From positions 140,804,001-140,868,000 of the forward strand of contig NC_058368.1 of the NCBI RefSeq assembly GCF_018350175.1: a stretch of DNA of 64,000 bases, in the 5' to 3' direction. Both the position numbers and the translations under genes were made by a program. The stretch is from Felis catus (Eukaryota). Below the pieces are notes generated by a model. That model ran no database searches. It was given only the letters and a program-made list of their open reading frames with translations, and had not been told where the DNA came from. This document shows, piece after piece, positions 12,985-26,032 of the stretch (positions are counted from its first letter, which is position 1; each line of letters begins with the position of its first letter).

Positions 12985-15900
12985 TATATATATTTTGTAA
13001 CAGTAGAAGGATTTTATTAGATATACTATGCCATAATTTTTTTAATGTTTATATACTTATGGTGAGGGGTGGGGCAGAGAGAGAGAGGGAGAGAGAGAAT
13101 CCCAAGCAGGCTCAAAGCTCAGTGCAAAGCCCAATGCAGGGCTTGATCCCATGACTGTGACATCATGATCTGAGCCAAAGTCAAGAGTCACACACTTAAC
13201 TGACTGAGCCATGTAGGTGCCCCACGATTTATTTTTTTAACCTAATCTGCTCATGGTCAGTATGGGGAAATTTATCCATACTTTTATAGGGGGAATATTA
13301 TTCATTATATAAATGTCAGAAGTTACTGAACTAGTCTCCTTTTTTTTTTTTTTTAAAGTAATCTCTATGCCTAACGTGAGACTCAGACTTATGACTTGGA
13401 GATCAAGAGTCACATGCTCTACCCACTGAGCCAGCCAGACACCCCAAACTAGTCTCCTTTTTTTTCTTTTTTTAATCTTTTTTTTTTTAATGTTTATTAG
13501 AGAGAGAGAGACAGAGCGTGAGTGAGGGAGGAGCAGAGAGAGAGAGAGAATCTGAAGCAGGCTCCAGGCTCTGAGCTGTCAGCACAGAGCCCAACACGGG
13601 GCTTGAACCTCTCAAACCATGAGATCATGACCGGAGCTTAAGTCGGATGCTTAACTGACTGAGCCACCCAGGCGCCCCTTTTCTTTTTTTAAATGTAAAT
13701 TTTTTCATTTTTTTAAGTTTATTTATTTATTTTGCGAGGGAGAGAGAGAACAAGTGGGAGAGGGGCAGAGACAGAGGGAGAGAGAGAATCCCAAGCAGGT
13801 TCTGCACTGTCAGCACAAAGCCTACTGCGGGGCTTGAACTCAAGAACTGCAAGACCATGACCTGAGCCGAAATCAACAGTCAGCCACCACCCAGGTGCCC
13901 CCTAGTCTCCTTTTTAATAGTTATTGAGACTAACTTTTGTTTTAAAGTTTATGATTACTTTTTTTATTTTTGAGAGAGCACGATCGGGGAGGTGCAGAGA
14001 GAGAAGGGGATAGAGGATCTGAAGTGGGCTCTGTGCTGGCACAGAGCCTGATACAGGTCTTAAACTTACGGACTTCGAGATCATGACCTGAGCCGAGGTC
14101 AGACGCTTAACCGACTGAGCCATCCAGGTGCCCGGAGACTGTTTTTATTTTATCATGACACACAATATTGCAGTAAATATTCTTGTACATAACAGTATTT
14201 CTGTGCACGTTTGCTAGTATGTATGCAGGGCAGATTCCTCTAAGTAAGTTCATAGGTCCTAGGGCACTTTAAATTTTGATGTTTTGCCCCAGTGACCTTG
14301 AAAAAGATTGTACCAATTAACGCTCCTTCGAAAAGGAAACCCAAACGATGTGGAGGCCTGTGAAGTCAAAAAAGAAAGTTCTCCCCTCCACACCCATTCT
14401 ACTCCACAGATAATGGCCATTGTTTATAGTTTGGTTAGTATCCTAGATTTCAGATTTCAAATTATAATTTTGTTATACCAAAGCATATTGCTCTGTCAGG
14501 GGCTTTTTTCAGTTGATAGTATATTGTAGCTCTTAATTGCATTTCAGTATTACTGGATAGTAAGTATAGCATCTACTGTTAATGTTAGAAACCATATGGG
14601 GATATGGTAAGTTAGGAATAGGGGCTAATGAACATTGCTTGTTTTCCTTTTATTTTCCTTTTGCAATTGGGGTGGGGGGTGCTGCTTTGAGTATCTGTGG
14701 GTATGTGTTCTTGCATACTTGGGCAAATATTGTTGATTATTGCCCATAAATGGGGATGTTTTTATAGCCAGTACTGTATTTTATTTTTAGTTAAGAATTT
14801 TTTTTAATGCTTGTTTATTTTTGAGAGACAGAGCACAAGCGGGAGAAGGGTAGAGAGAGAGGGAGACACAGAATCCGAAGCAGGCTCCAGGCTCTGAGCT
14901 GTCGGCACAGAGCCTGGCATGGGACTTGAAGTCATGAGCTGTGAGAATATGACCTGGCTGAAGTGAGACACTTAACCAACTGAGCCACCCAGGGGCCCCT
15001 ATCGCCAGTACTTTACATGTGCTCAAAGTTCATACGTGCATTTAATTTTTTTCCCACTATGAAATAGAAAAGATTTTAGCTGATCTATAGATGGGAGATT
15101 ATAGGTAGGTAGATAGGAAGGTGGATAGATAGGTAGATAGTTGGGAGCTGGGATAGTATCAGTTCTAGATGAGTTCTGGGAGTTTTGGTGACTGACATAG
15201 GACATTGTAAGCAGTAAAAGTCTGCACTATGCTGAAAAGGCTTTAAGGATCTTTGAGTAGCATCTTGATGTTTACTAGTGTTTTTTGTTTTTTGTTTTTT
15301 TAAACGTTTATTTATTTTTGAGACAGAGAGAGACAGAGCATGAACGGGGGAGGGTCAGAGAGAGAGGGAGACACAGAATCTGAAACAGGCTCCAGGCTCT
15401 GAGCAGTCAGCACAGAGCCTGACGCGGGGCTCGAACTCACGGACCGCAAGATCACAACCTGAGCCAAAGTCAGCCGCTTAACTGACTGAGCCATCCAGGC
15501 GCCCCTGATGTTTACTAGTGTTAAACAACATGCTCCTGTGTGCTCTGTGACTGGTACAGTGAACACAGTTACTGTGAATGCTATGTTTTAAATGTTTATT
15601 TTATAACGTATTTTGAGAGAGGGGGCATGTGCATGCAGGGGTGGGGACAGAGAGAAAGAATCCCAAGCAGGCTCTGTGCTATCAACGCAGAGCCCAAGGC
15701 TTGCTCATTTTCTGGAACCGGGAAATCATGACCTGAGCTAAACTCAAGATCAGATACTTAACCAACTGAACCACCTAGGTGCCCCATGAATGATATTTTT
15801 GATTGAGACCATTCAAGGTTACATGTTGGAATATTCTCAGGAAATTTTTCTCAATCTCTTCCTCTCTCCTTTTTTTTTTATTTATTTTTATTTTAGTATT

Positions 15901-16087
15901 TCTTACTGTTCCCCCCCCCCCCCTTTATTTTACTGTTCTTATTGAAAACAGATTTTGATCTCTACAGGAACCTTCCTGACCTGGTATGTGCTTGTTTCTA
16001 TGGAGAATTTTAAACATACGAAAGTAGAAGATTATAGTGAATTCCACACTCAGTTTCATGATGCTGTAGCCTGTTTTTTGTCATATT

Positions 16088-16730
16088 TTTTAACAGCTTT
16101 GTTAAGATAATTTGCATGCCGTTCAGTTCACCTACTTAAACTCTACAGTTCTATAACTTGAAGAAAATTCACAGTTGTATATCCATCACCACAATCAACT
16201 TTAGAACATTTTCATTACCCCAAAAGAATATCCCACCCCACCCCAGCCCACCCCTGAGCCATCACTCCCCAGTCGCCCCATTTCCCCAGCTGCTGACACC
16301 TATCATTCTACTTTTCTGTCCATGGATTTACTTATTCAGGGCGTTTGATGCAGATGAAATCATACACTCTGCGTGTTCCCTGGTGACTGACTTCTTGTAC
16401 TTAGTCTTTTCAAGGTTCATCCATGTTGTAGCGTGTGTCAGTACTTTTACTGTGAACTAATATTCCACATTTTGTCCATTTATCAGTTGATGAACTTTTG
16501 GGATTGTTTTCCACTTCTTGATGCTTACGAATAGTGCTGTCAGCATCCATGTACACATTTTTGTGTGGACATGTGTTTTTATTTGTCTTAAGTATATACT
16601 AGGAGTGGGAATTGCTGGCTCATATGGCACCTCTACACTTAGCCATTTGAGGACCTGCCATCTTGTTTTCCACAGCGACTACACCATTTTACATTCCCAC
16701 CAGAAGTATCCGAAGCTTCCGGTCCTTGTG
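16088..16730 (-). mobile_element. Old L1 (L1MA/L1MB-like) 3' end
   Basis: Characteristic antisense L1 3' UTR and ORF2-end motifs (CATCACCACAATCAACTTTAGAACATTTTCATTACCC, TTCAAGGTTCATCCATGTTGTAGC, GGAGTGGGAATTGCTGG, ACCATTTTACATTCCCACCAG). Confidence 0.8.
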
Positions 16731-18053
16731 TTACTTTGAAAGGAGTGCAAATATAATTTCATCTTAAGATGTTTCAGTATGTATTCATAAAAGATGAAGA
16801 TTTTGTTGTCAAACATAACCACGTAACCACTTAAAATACATCCTTAACATAAAATATTCAGTCAGTATTCAAATTTCTGTCTCATAAGTGTCATAAGTAC
16901 TACTTTTTTTTTTTATTAAAAAAATTTTTTGGGGGGCTCCTGGGTGGCTCAGTCGGTTAAGTGTCCGACTTCAGCTCAGGTAACGATCTTGCGGTCCGTG
17001 AGTTCGAGCCCCGCGTCAGGCTCTGGGCTGATGGCTCAGAGCCTGGAGCCTGTTTCCGTTTCTGTGTCTCCCTCTCTCTCTGCCCCTCCCCCGTTCATGC
17101 TCTGTCTCTCTCTGTCCCAAAAATAAATAAACATTAAAAAAAAAAATTAAAAAAAATTTTTTTTTTCTCTGGGGGTTCCTGGGTGGCTCAGTCAGTTAAG
17201 CGACTGACTCTTGGTTTCGGCTCAGGTTCGTGGGTTTGAGCCCTGCAATGGTTCCATGCTGATAGCGCAGGGCCGCCTTGGGATTCTGTCTCCCTCTCTC
17301 TCTACCCCTCCCTCTCTCTCTTTCTCTCTCTCCCAAACAAATAAGTAAGCTTAAAAAAATTTTGTAAGCTCTACACCCAATGTGGGGCTTGAACTCACAA
17401 CCCCGAGATCAAGAGTTACATGCCCTACTGACTAAGCCAGCCAGACCCCTGTATAAGCACTATTTTAAAAGTTGTTTGAATCAGGATCCAAATAAGGCTC
17501 ACCACACATTGCACAGGTTGATAGGTCTTTTAAATTTTTTAATGTGTGAGTCCCTGCTCCACACCTCTTTCTCTCTTATTTTGTGTTTGTTTTGTGATTT
17601 ATATTTTGAGGAAATTAAGTCCTTTGTCCTGTAGCAGTTTCCACATTCGGGATTTTGCTGGGTCCATTCTTGTTGTGTTTTTTAATATATCTTACTGTTT
17701 TCTTTATTTCCGTTAGTTTGGCGGTTGGATCCACGTGCTTGATCAGATTCAGGTTTGTTGTTTTTTTTGCAAAGTTAGTTCCATGGTGCTTCTTTTCTTT
17801 TTTTTTTTTTTTTTTAATGTTTATTTATTTTTGAGAGCGAGAGAGAGCAAGCCTGGGGGAGTGGGGACAGGGAGAGGGGAATAGAACATCTGAAGTGGGC
17901 TCTGTGTTGACAGCAGCGAGCCTGATGTGGGGCCCGAACTCACAGAGTGTGAGATCTTGACCTGAGCCCAAGTCAGATACTCAGCCCACTGAGCCCACGG
18001 GTGCTTCTTGTCTTAGGCACACAATGTCTGGTTATCCTTTTTGTGATATTATT

Positions 18054-18274
18054 TTTTTTTTAATTTTTTTTCAATGTTTATTTATTTTTGGGACAGAGAG
18101 AGACAGAGCATGAACGGGGGAGGGGCAGAGAGAGAGGGAGACACAGAATCGGAAACAGGCTCCAGGCTCTGAGCCATCAGCCCAGAGCCCGACGCGGGGC
18201 TCGAACTCACGGACCGCGAGATCGTGACCTGGCTGAAGTCGGACGCTTAACCGACTGCGCCACCCAGGCGCCCC
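18054..18274 (-). mobile_element. Young felid SINE (SINEC_Fc-type)
   Basis: Diagnostic GGCGCAGT and CAGCCAGG variants with intact CpGs; TSD CTTTTTGTGATATTATT at 18037-18053 and 18275-18291. Confidence 0.92.
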
Positions 18275-18897
18275 CTTTTTGTGATATTATTAACCGTGGA
18301 AATCAATGCCTAGGTTTTTCTCCCTTTTATAAAGCAAACTATATAATTTTTGTTGGTACTAAAAAAAAATTGAGTTTTCTTTGTGATAATTCTAAAATCT
18401 TGGTGGCTCCGCCCTACAGAAATGCAGGCTAACTCATTGAATTAGTCTCTGGTGGGGTGTGTCTAGGGTGGAGGACCTAGATCTTTAATGGCAGAGTTCA
18501 TCGGAACACAGTCCACCAGTCAGTTACCAGCTCTGCCCCATTCCCTCTCTGGAGAGTTTGTGAACATTTTACCGACACAGGATTCACAGGATTCTTTTAC
18601 AGCTCTGGAAGGCTTCAAACATGTTGATATTAATACAAATAAATATATTAATTATTAGAGAAGGAGCTAATTTAAAGATAGTCATTTTTAAAATGGTAAC
18701 ATTTGGGGCACCTGGGTGGCTCAGTCGTTGGAGCATCTGACTCCTGCTCAGGTCATGATCTCACACGGTTCATGAGTTCAAGCCCCGCATTGGGCTGTGC
18801 TGGCTGTGAGGCGCCCACTTTGGATCCTCTGTCTCCCTCTCTCTCTGCCCCTCCCCTGCTCTCTCTCACACACTCTCTCTCGAAAATGGGTAAACCT

Positions 18898-19128
18898 GGG
18901 GCGCCTGGGTGGCGCAGTCGGTTAAGCGTCCGACTTCAGCCAGGTCATGATCTTGCGGTCCGTGAGTTCGAGCCCCACATCGGGCTCTGGGCTGATGGCT
19001 CAGAGCCTGGAGCCTGTTTCCGATTCTGTGTCTCCCTCTCTCTCTGCCCCTCCCCCGTTCATGCTCTGTCTCTCCCTGTCCCAAAAATAAATAAACGTTG
19101 AAAAAAAAATTAAAAAAAAAAAAAAAAA
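18898..19128 (+). mobile_element. Young felid SINE nested in the tail of an older SINE (older copy from about 18705)
   Basis: TSD GAAAATGGGTAAACCT at 18882-18897 and 19129-19144; long A tail. Confidence 0.92.
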
Positions 19129-20249
19129 GAAAATGGGTAAACCTTAAAAAAATAATAAAATGTAAAATTTTACATTTAAAATTTTCTGTTTGAGAAAAAA
19201 TATCGTGTGGAGTCGGCATAGTTTGGTCTCAAAGGATTACAACACGTGAGCTCAGGTCAGGGCCCCAGAGGGGCAATGCGGTATAGACTTTAGAAGCCTG
19301 GACTCTAGAAATCGACTGCCTGGTGTTGAGTCCCGACTCCTAGCTAGCAACTGTTTAACCTTGGGAAAGTGACCCAGTTTCTTGGTGCGTCAGTTTACAC
19401 ATCTGTAAGAGGATGATCTGTTAATAGTACATCCCTCACAAGGCGGTTGTGAAAGCAAGTTAATACATGTAAAGTGTTGGAAGCCATGTTGGACACAGGA
19501 TACGAGCCCTTAGTAAGAGCTCTTACTGACTATTGTAGTTATTGTATTTTGTAGAGCTGTGCTCCTATAGTCCCCAGCTAGTGCTCCTGTTTTGTGTGGA
19601 TTGGCTACTAACTGGATCAGCCCAAGGCACTAAAGAAATGGGCAGGAGAGCTCTTGATTCTCCCTCATTTCCTTCAGTGGTGTGCCTAGCTGAGCCTCTC
19701 CGTCCCTCCCAGGTGTGTTGAGCACCTGCTGTATGTCCAGGGCTATGCCAGGGACTGTGGGACTTAGAAAAACATTATGACATGGTCCTATAATCTCACA
19801 CAGAGACCCTTACCATTGTGAGGTCCAGGGGGCATTCCACAGACATCTCATCTGTTAATAAAAAAACAAAAAACAAAAACAAAAAAAACCTGGTCTCTTG
19901 AGGTGTTTCAAACTTGGTTACTCTGCTAACTGGTTTTGAAAAACAAGTGGGGTCATGAAGTCAGGTAGAGGGTGGTGACTGGCTCTTCATAAGGTTGAAC
20001 TAGAATACCGTAGAAAGTACTAGAGTGTAGCCTGTGTGATCAAGGTAGTTGTTTTGTGAAACTTTTTTTTTTCCATCATGGATAATACATACTGGAACCG
20101 GGTTACCGTATAGAATGTTTCTTACTGTTTTAGTCAAGTAGTTGAAGAACACTGTAATACATAGCAATATTCTGCTATTTTAATTTAAAGATAATTCATA
20201 CTCTTTGGAAAAAATTATAAAAGAAATAAGAAGAGATTGGTCTACCTGA

Positions 20250-21350
20250 GTGTTTAGTTTCCTGTGGCTGCCGTAACAATCGGCGCAAGCTGGTGGCTTT
20301 ATTTATTTATCTTAAGTTTATTTATTTTGAGAAAGAGAGAGCATGAGCAGGGGAGGGGCAGAGAGAGAGGAGAGGGAGAAGCATTCCTTGGCTGGTTCTG
20401 GCAGGGCTCCAACCTCTGCCTCCATTTTCATATTGTTTTCTCCTTTTGGTGCTCTCTTCCATTTCTCTCAAATCTCCCTTTGCCTTTATTTTTACTAAAA
20501 AAAATTTTTTTTAATTTATTTGTTGAGAGAGAGACAGAGGGAGCAGGAAAGGGGCAGAGAGAGAGGGAGAGAGAGAATCCCAAGCAGGCTCCACACTGTC
20601 AGCACGGAGCCCAATGCGGGGCTCGAACCCACGAACCAGGAGATCATGACCTGAGGTGAAACCAAGAGTCAGATGCTTACAAGACTGAGCCACCCAGGCA
20701 CCCCGCCCCCCACCCCCTTGGCCTTTCTTTTATAAAGACACTTGTTGGATTTAGGGCCCACCTAGATAATCCAGAATGATCCTCTCATCTCAATATCCTT
20801 AATTACACCTACAAAGATACTTTTTCTGTTTTCTTTGTTTTAAGTTGTTACTTTTTGACAGAAAAGAGAGTAAGTAGGGGAGGGGCACAGAGAGAGGGAG
20901 AATCCCAGGCAAGCTCACTGTCAGCACAGACCCCAATGTAGGGCTTGAACTTGCAAACTGTGAAACCATGATCGGAGCTGAAACCAAGAGTCCAACGCTC
21001 AACCTACTGAGCTACCCAGGTGCCTCAAGATCGTTTTTATTTTCTTTTTTCCTTAAAATTGTTTATGCTTATTTTTAAGAGAGAGAGAGAGACAGAGTGT
21101 GAGCAGGGGAGGGGCAGAGAAAGAGGAAGACAGAATCCAAAGCAGGTTCCAGCTCCAAGCTGTCAGCAGAGCCCAATGCAGGGCTCAAATGCATGAACCG
21201 TGAGATCGTGACCTGAGCCGAAGTTGGACACTTAACCGACTGAGCCACCCAGGCGCCCCAGATCATTTTTCCAATAGGATAATGATCACAGATTCTAGGG
21301 ATTAGGACATGGACGTTTCATTTTGGGGGCTACCTTTCAATACACTACAC
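20250..21350. mobile_element. MaLR LTR (MLT1-like) broken by four SINE insertions
   Basis: TTAGTTTCCTGTGGCTGCCGTAACAA start, GGATTTAGGGCCCACC...ATAATCCAG core, GGGATTAGGACATGGAC...TTTTGGGGG...CACTACA end. Confidence 0.7.
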
Positions 21351-22229
21351 TAAATGAAAACTGAAGTATTGATCTCCATACCCTTTATTTCTCCACCCAA
21401 GCTAACTTAACAGAAACCTCAAGAGAAGTGAACAATCTCGCTGAACATGGGTGCAAAGCTAGGGGACGAAAAAGTAATGACTAAGCATAAAAGTTACCAA
21501 ATAAACTTGTGAGTATTTTAACCTCCTCCCTGGCATACTGTGATGCAATTTGCTGTATTTTCTCTACGTGGTGAAGAGAGAGAGAGACCTGTTCCTCAGA
21601 ATTCGTGTCATCCAGTTGTCCCTCGTTTTCTTATTCAACTCCATGAACACTTGGTTAGGTAGGATGTAGACTGGATATGCCATTTGTTTGTGGTTTCTAA
21701 AGTTTAATGCAAATATGGGAATGATAGCATAAGTTGTTAAAGCTTGCCATGATACTTGCTTGAAAGTCAGAGCACAAATTTGTCTGAATACAATAGTGCA
21801 GTGACCTGTTCCGTGATCTTGAGGCCAGAAGACTTGCCTGCCAGCTGGCCTCTGTAGGAAGGTTTCCAGGAGTCCCCCACAGAAGTGGGGGAATCCCTGC
21901 CCAAGGCTTGGGCTGTCCTTGTGGGTGGAGAGGGAATGTACCTTGTGCTCCTGGGAATTTCCCTATGTTGGACTTTGGGATAGGGAATGACTGATAGGCC
22001 AGGCTGGATCTAGTCTCACAGCCAGAGTGAGATGGATGGCCATTATAACAACAGAGACGGGGTGCCTGGGTGGCTCAGCCCATTAAGCATCCGACTTTTG
22101 ATCTTGGCTCAGGTCATGATCTCATGGTTTGTGAGATCGTGCTCCGAGTTGGGTTCTGCGCAGAAGAGTGCAGAGCCTGCTTGAAATATTCTCTCTCTCT
22201 CTCTCTCTCTCTCTCAAAATAAATAAACT

Positions 22230-22231
<2 letters not shown>

Positions 22232-22277
<46 letters not shown>
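22232..22277. repeat. (AC)n microsatellite replacing a SINE A-tail, about 430 bp upstream of F2RL1 exon 2
   Basis: About 23 perfect units directly after AATAAATAAACTTA. Confidence 0.97.
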
Positions 22278-22278
<1 letters not shown>

Positions 22279-22709
22279 AGTTAGGAACAGTCATTAGACT
22301 GTGGGTAGTTTGTAAAAATAAATTGAAGTACTATCAGTTTTTTTGAGATTCAATAGAAATCAATGTTCTATTCCACATGTACCCCACAACCCTCTGGAAA
22401 AAAAATCCATTGTAAAAAACAAACCAACAAAACCCAATAATCCCATCCCCCAAAGAAAACCCTTGTAAGCATTTTGTACACTCCTGTCTTTAAAGTACTT
22501 TTATGTAGGAGCACCTGGCTGGGTCTGTTGGTGGAGCATGCCATTCTTCATCCTGGGGTGGTGAGTTCGAGCCCCATGCTGGGCATAGAGGTTACTTTAA
22601 AAAAAAAAAAAAAGACAACTTTAAAGTACTTTTATTTAAATAAACCAGCATTACTGCTGAAAGATTGATCTCTGTAATGACCCTTGTCTGCCTGGCCTTT
22701 CTTGTACAG

Positions 22710-23821
22710 GAACCAATAGAACGTCTAAAGGAAGAAGTCTCATTGGTAAGATTGATAGCTCATCTCAAATCACTGGGAAAGGAGTTACGGTGGAACCAGG
22801 CTTTTCTGTGGATGAGTTTTCTACCTCCGTCCTCACTGGAAAATTGACTACTGTCTTTCTTCCAATCGTCTACACAATTGTATTTGTAATAGGTTTGCCA
22901 AGTAATGGCATGGCCCTATGGGTCTTTCTTTTCCGAACAAAGAAAAAGCACCCTGCTGTGGTTTACATGGCCAATCTAGCCTTGGCAGACCTCCTCTCTG
23001 TGATCTGGTTCCCTTTGAAGATTGCCTATCACATACATGGCAACAACTGGATTTACGGGGAAGCCCTCTGCAAGGTACTCATTGGATTTTTCTATGGCAA
23101 CATGTACTGTTCCATTCTCTTCATGACCTGCCTCAGTGTGCAGAGGTATTGGGTCATCGTGAATCCCATGGTGCACCCCAGGAAGAAGGCAAACATTGCC
23201 TTTGGTGTCTCCCTGGGGATATGGCTGCTGATTCTGCTGGTTACCATCCCCTTGTATGTCGTGAAGCAGACTGTCTACATTCCAGCCCTTAACATCACAA
23301 CCTGCCATGATGTTTTGCCTAAGGAGGTGCTGGTAGGAGACATGTTCAATTATTTCCTCTCTCTGGCCATCGGAGTCTTTTTATTCCCAGCCTTCCTCAC
23401 GGCCTCTGCCTATGTGCTAATGATCAGAACACTCCGATCTTCTGCTATGGATGAAAACTCGGGAAAGAAGAGGCAGAGAGCCATCAAGCTCATTGTCACC
23501 GTCCTGGCCATGTACCTGGTCTGCTTCACTCCCAGTAACCTTCTGCTTGTGGTGCATTATTTCCTGATTAAAACCTGGAGCCAGAGCCACGTCTACGCCC
23601 TGTACATTGTAGCCCTCTGCCTCTCCACCCTCAACAGCTGCATTGACCCCTTTGTCTATTACTTTGTTTCACAAGACTTCAGGGATCATGCAAAGAATGC
23701 ACTCCTTTGTCGAAGTGTTCGTACTGTAAAGCGGATGCAAGTATCCCTCACATCCAAGAAATTCTCCAGGAAATCCAGCTCTTACTCTTCAAGTTCAACC
23801 AGTGTTAAAACCTCCTATTGA
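22710..23821 (+). CDS. F2RL1: Proteinase-activated receptor 2 (PAR2), coding exon 2 (tethered ligand and 7TM domain)
   Basis: Acceptor ctttcttgtacAG|G at 22709/22710. Translation GTNRTSKGR/SLIGKIDSSSQITGKGVTVEPGFSVDEF... continues into the 22790-23821 ORF with seven TM helices, VQRY, DPFVYY, LLCRS and a Ser-rich tail SSSYSSSSTSVKTSY*. Spliced CDS is 82+1112=1194 nt = 397 aa plus stop. Confidence 0.98.
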
Positions 23822-25030
23822 CTCTTGCACCCCCTCCGTTGGTTGTTTTACAGGAGGATTTGGAACCTGCTTCGTGTTATGGGTATGTTTCTGTTGTTTC
23901 CTGACCAAGTGGGTCTCACCACATACCACCATGTATATGCAACATCTCTCAGGATTGCTGGAAGCTTCCCTGTTTGCATGAGGAAAGTCCCCCAAATTAA
24001 TACAGATGTCAATTTTAGACTTCTTCTCAGATGCTCCCGGAAATGCAACCAACAGAAGCAAACTTTTCAGACGACGGTGAAAACACAGAGACCCAGTGAC
24101 TTGTACAAACTAGTGTTGGCGTGCAGACAGAGTTCTTAGCTGAGACTACGTTTCTTTTACATCTGGGCTCAGTGCCAGCCCTCTTAGGGCTTCAGTGCCC
24201 TCAGAGATGATCAGACCAACTGACTGACTGTACAGATGAGGAGGCTAAAGAGGCGAAGAAGCTACTCACAGTAGGGGAGCTTCCGTTCCAACCAGTGGCA
24301 GCCAGTTAGTGTTGGACAGTACAGTGAGAATGTTCAGTGGAGTCCTCCTCCCACCTCCTCGTGGCTCTTGTTTACAAATGCAGGTTCGTCAGACTCAGGA
24401 ATGAGAGCTCAGGGTCTGGGTCAGAAACCTGCGTTTTAATGAGCCTCTGCTGCATGTGCCCACACACACCAGCCTTTGAGAACCATGGGTCTGGGTGCTG
24501 CTTCTACTCACAAGGTGCCACAGGAGAAGCATACAGTGCTCTGGGTGTCTTTTGCAAGCAGCTTGTGATGACGTCTCTTTGTTGTCTCATCAGGGCTTTC
24601 AGTCATTTATCAGTCCTTTGAGGTTTTGGGTGTGCCCTTACCACGACAAGGAAAATACAGTGCAGATCTTAAAGGTGGAAATACAAATTGTGTGTAACTG
24701 TATACTGACTCAGAATCTTCAGGTAGTGTGAGTGACAGATGGTTTCAAAGTAAGGATGGCATTTGCCACTTAGTATTTTTCATAATTATAGTTGGACTAT
24801 TTATTGTCAGTTTTCTTCACTTGCTACCAAATATGACATTGTAATGCCTTCACTGGATTTGAACCACATCTGTTTGGGAAAGAATGCTAAAGAGATGTGA
24901 TTTACAGTATATTTAGGGGGCTATTTACCCCAAACTGAATTTGTAACTGTTGTATTTGTGTGTTTTTTTTTGAAATAATTTTATTGTAGAGATTTATAAA
25001 TAACACATGACCCTGTTTTTTACAACTTAT
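23822..25030 (+). other. F2RL1: Probable F2RL1 3' UTR
   Basis: Sequence after the TGA stop, with MIR-like and MER5-like fragments near 24200-24495, an AU-rich distal part, a candidate variant hexamer TATAAA (24995-25000) and a GU-rich tract at about 25037-25053. The 3' end is inferred. Confidence 0.55.
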
Positions 25031-25807
25031 TTTTGAGTTGTGTGTTTTGTGGGTTATTTCTGAGGGAGGGCATGGGAGAAGGGAAACCCCAGCATTGCTC
25101 TTATAAAAAGCAATTATGTGTTGCTCACACTGTATTTCTTAGATAAACAGGGCCACACTCTGTATATTGCTTGGTAACAATTGTTTTCACTTAAGGTTTT
25201 AGCATTTTTTCCATGTTGTGTCTATAGGCTGACCTCCGTTTTTTTAAGGGATACAGACTTTGGGGTGCATGGGTGGCTCAGTGGGTTAAGCATCTGACTC
25301 TGACTGCGGTCGTGATCTCGCGGTTCATGAGTTCGAGCCCTACGTTAAGCTCTCCACTGACAGCGTCGAGCCTGCTTTGGTTTCTGTGTCTCTCTCTCTC
25401 TGCCCTTCCCCTGCTCGTGCTCTATCACTCTTTCTCCTTCTCTTTCAAAAATTAAGTATTAAAAAAAATGGTTTTAAAGGATACAGACTTCAATTTGGGG
25501 ATATATTGTGATGTATTTAGTCATCTCCCTATGATGTTTCCTGAAGTCTCCTCTTTTTTTGTTGTTGTTATTAAAACAGTGCTCTGCACTAGACATCAGA
25601 GTAGACATCTTTGTGAGTATTTCTGTAGGATACGTTCCTGAAAGTAGAATGACCAGGTCAAAAGTTAGATAAGCATTCTAAATTTCGGTAACTCTCACCA
25701 AATTGCCTTCAGTAATTTGTGTTTCTACCAAAATAGTACCTTTGCACCTGTTTCCTGAAATGCTCTTTGACATGTGACCTATCAGTGTTTTGAAATTTTG
25801 CTAATTT

Positions 25808-26032
25808 TTTTTTTATTAAATTTTTTTTTCAACGTTTATTTATTTTTGGGACAGAGAGAGACAGAGCAGGAACGGGGGAGGGGCAGAGAGAGAGGGAGAC
25901 ACAGAGTCAGAAACAGGCTCCAGGCTCCGAGCCATCAGCCCAGAGCCCGATGCGGGGCTCGAACTCCCGGACCGCGAGATCGTGACCTGGCTGAAGTCGG
26001 ACTCTCAACCGACTGCACCACCCAGGCGCCCC
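25808..26032 (-). mobile_element. Young felid SINE
   Basis: TSD TTGAAATTTTGCTAATTT at 25790-25807 and 26033-26050. Confidence 0.92.

Noticed and set aside
22790..22792. ORF-track start of the 343-aa GPCR
   Set aside because: It is an internal GTG (Val55). The real N-terminus comes from exon 1 spliced at 22710.
22918..23308. Alternative-frame (124 aa) and antisense (110 aa) ORFs inside F2RL1 exon 2
   Set aside because: Typical shadow ORFs of a coding exon, with no independent support.
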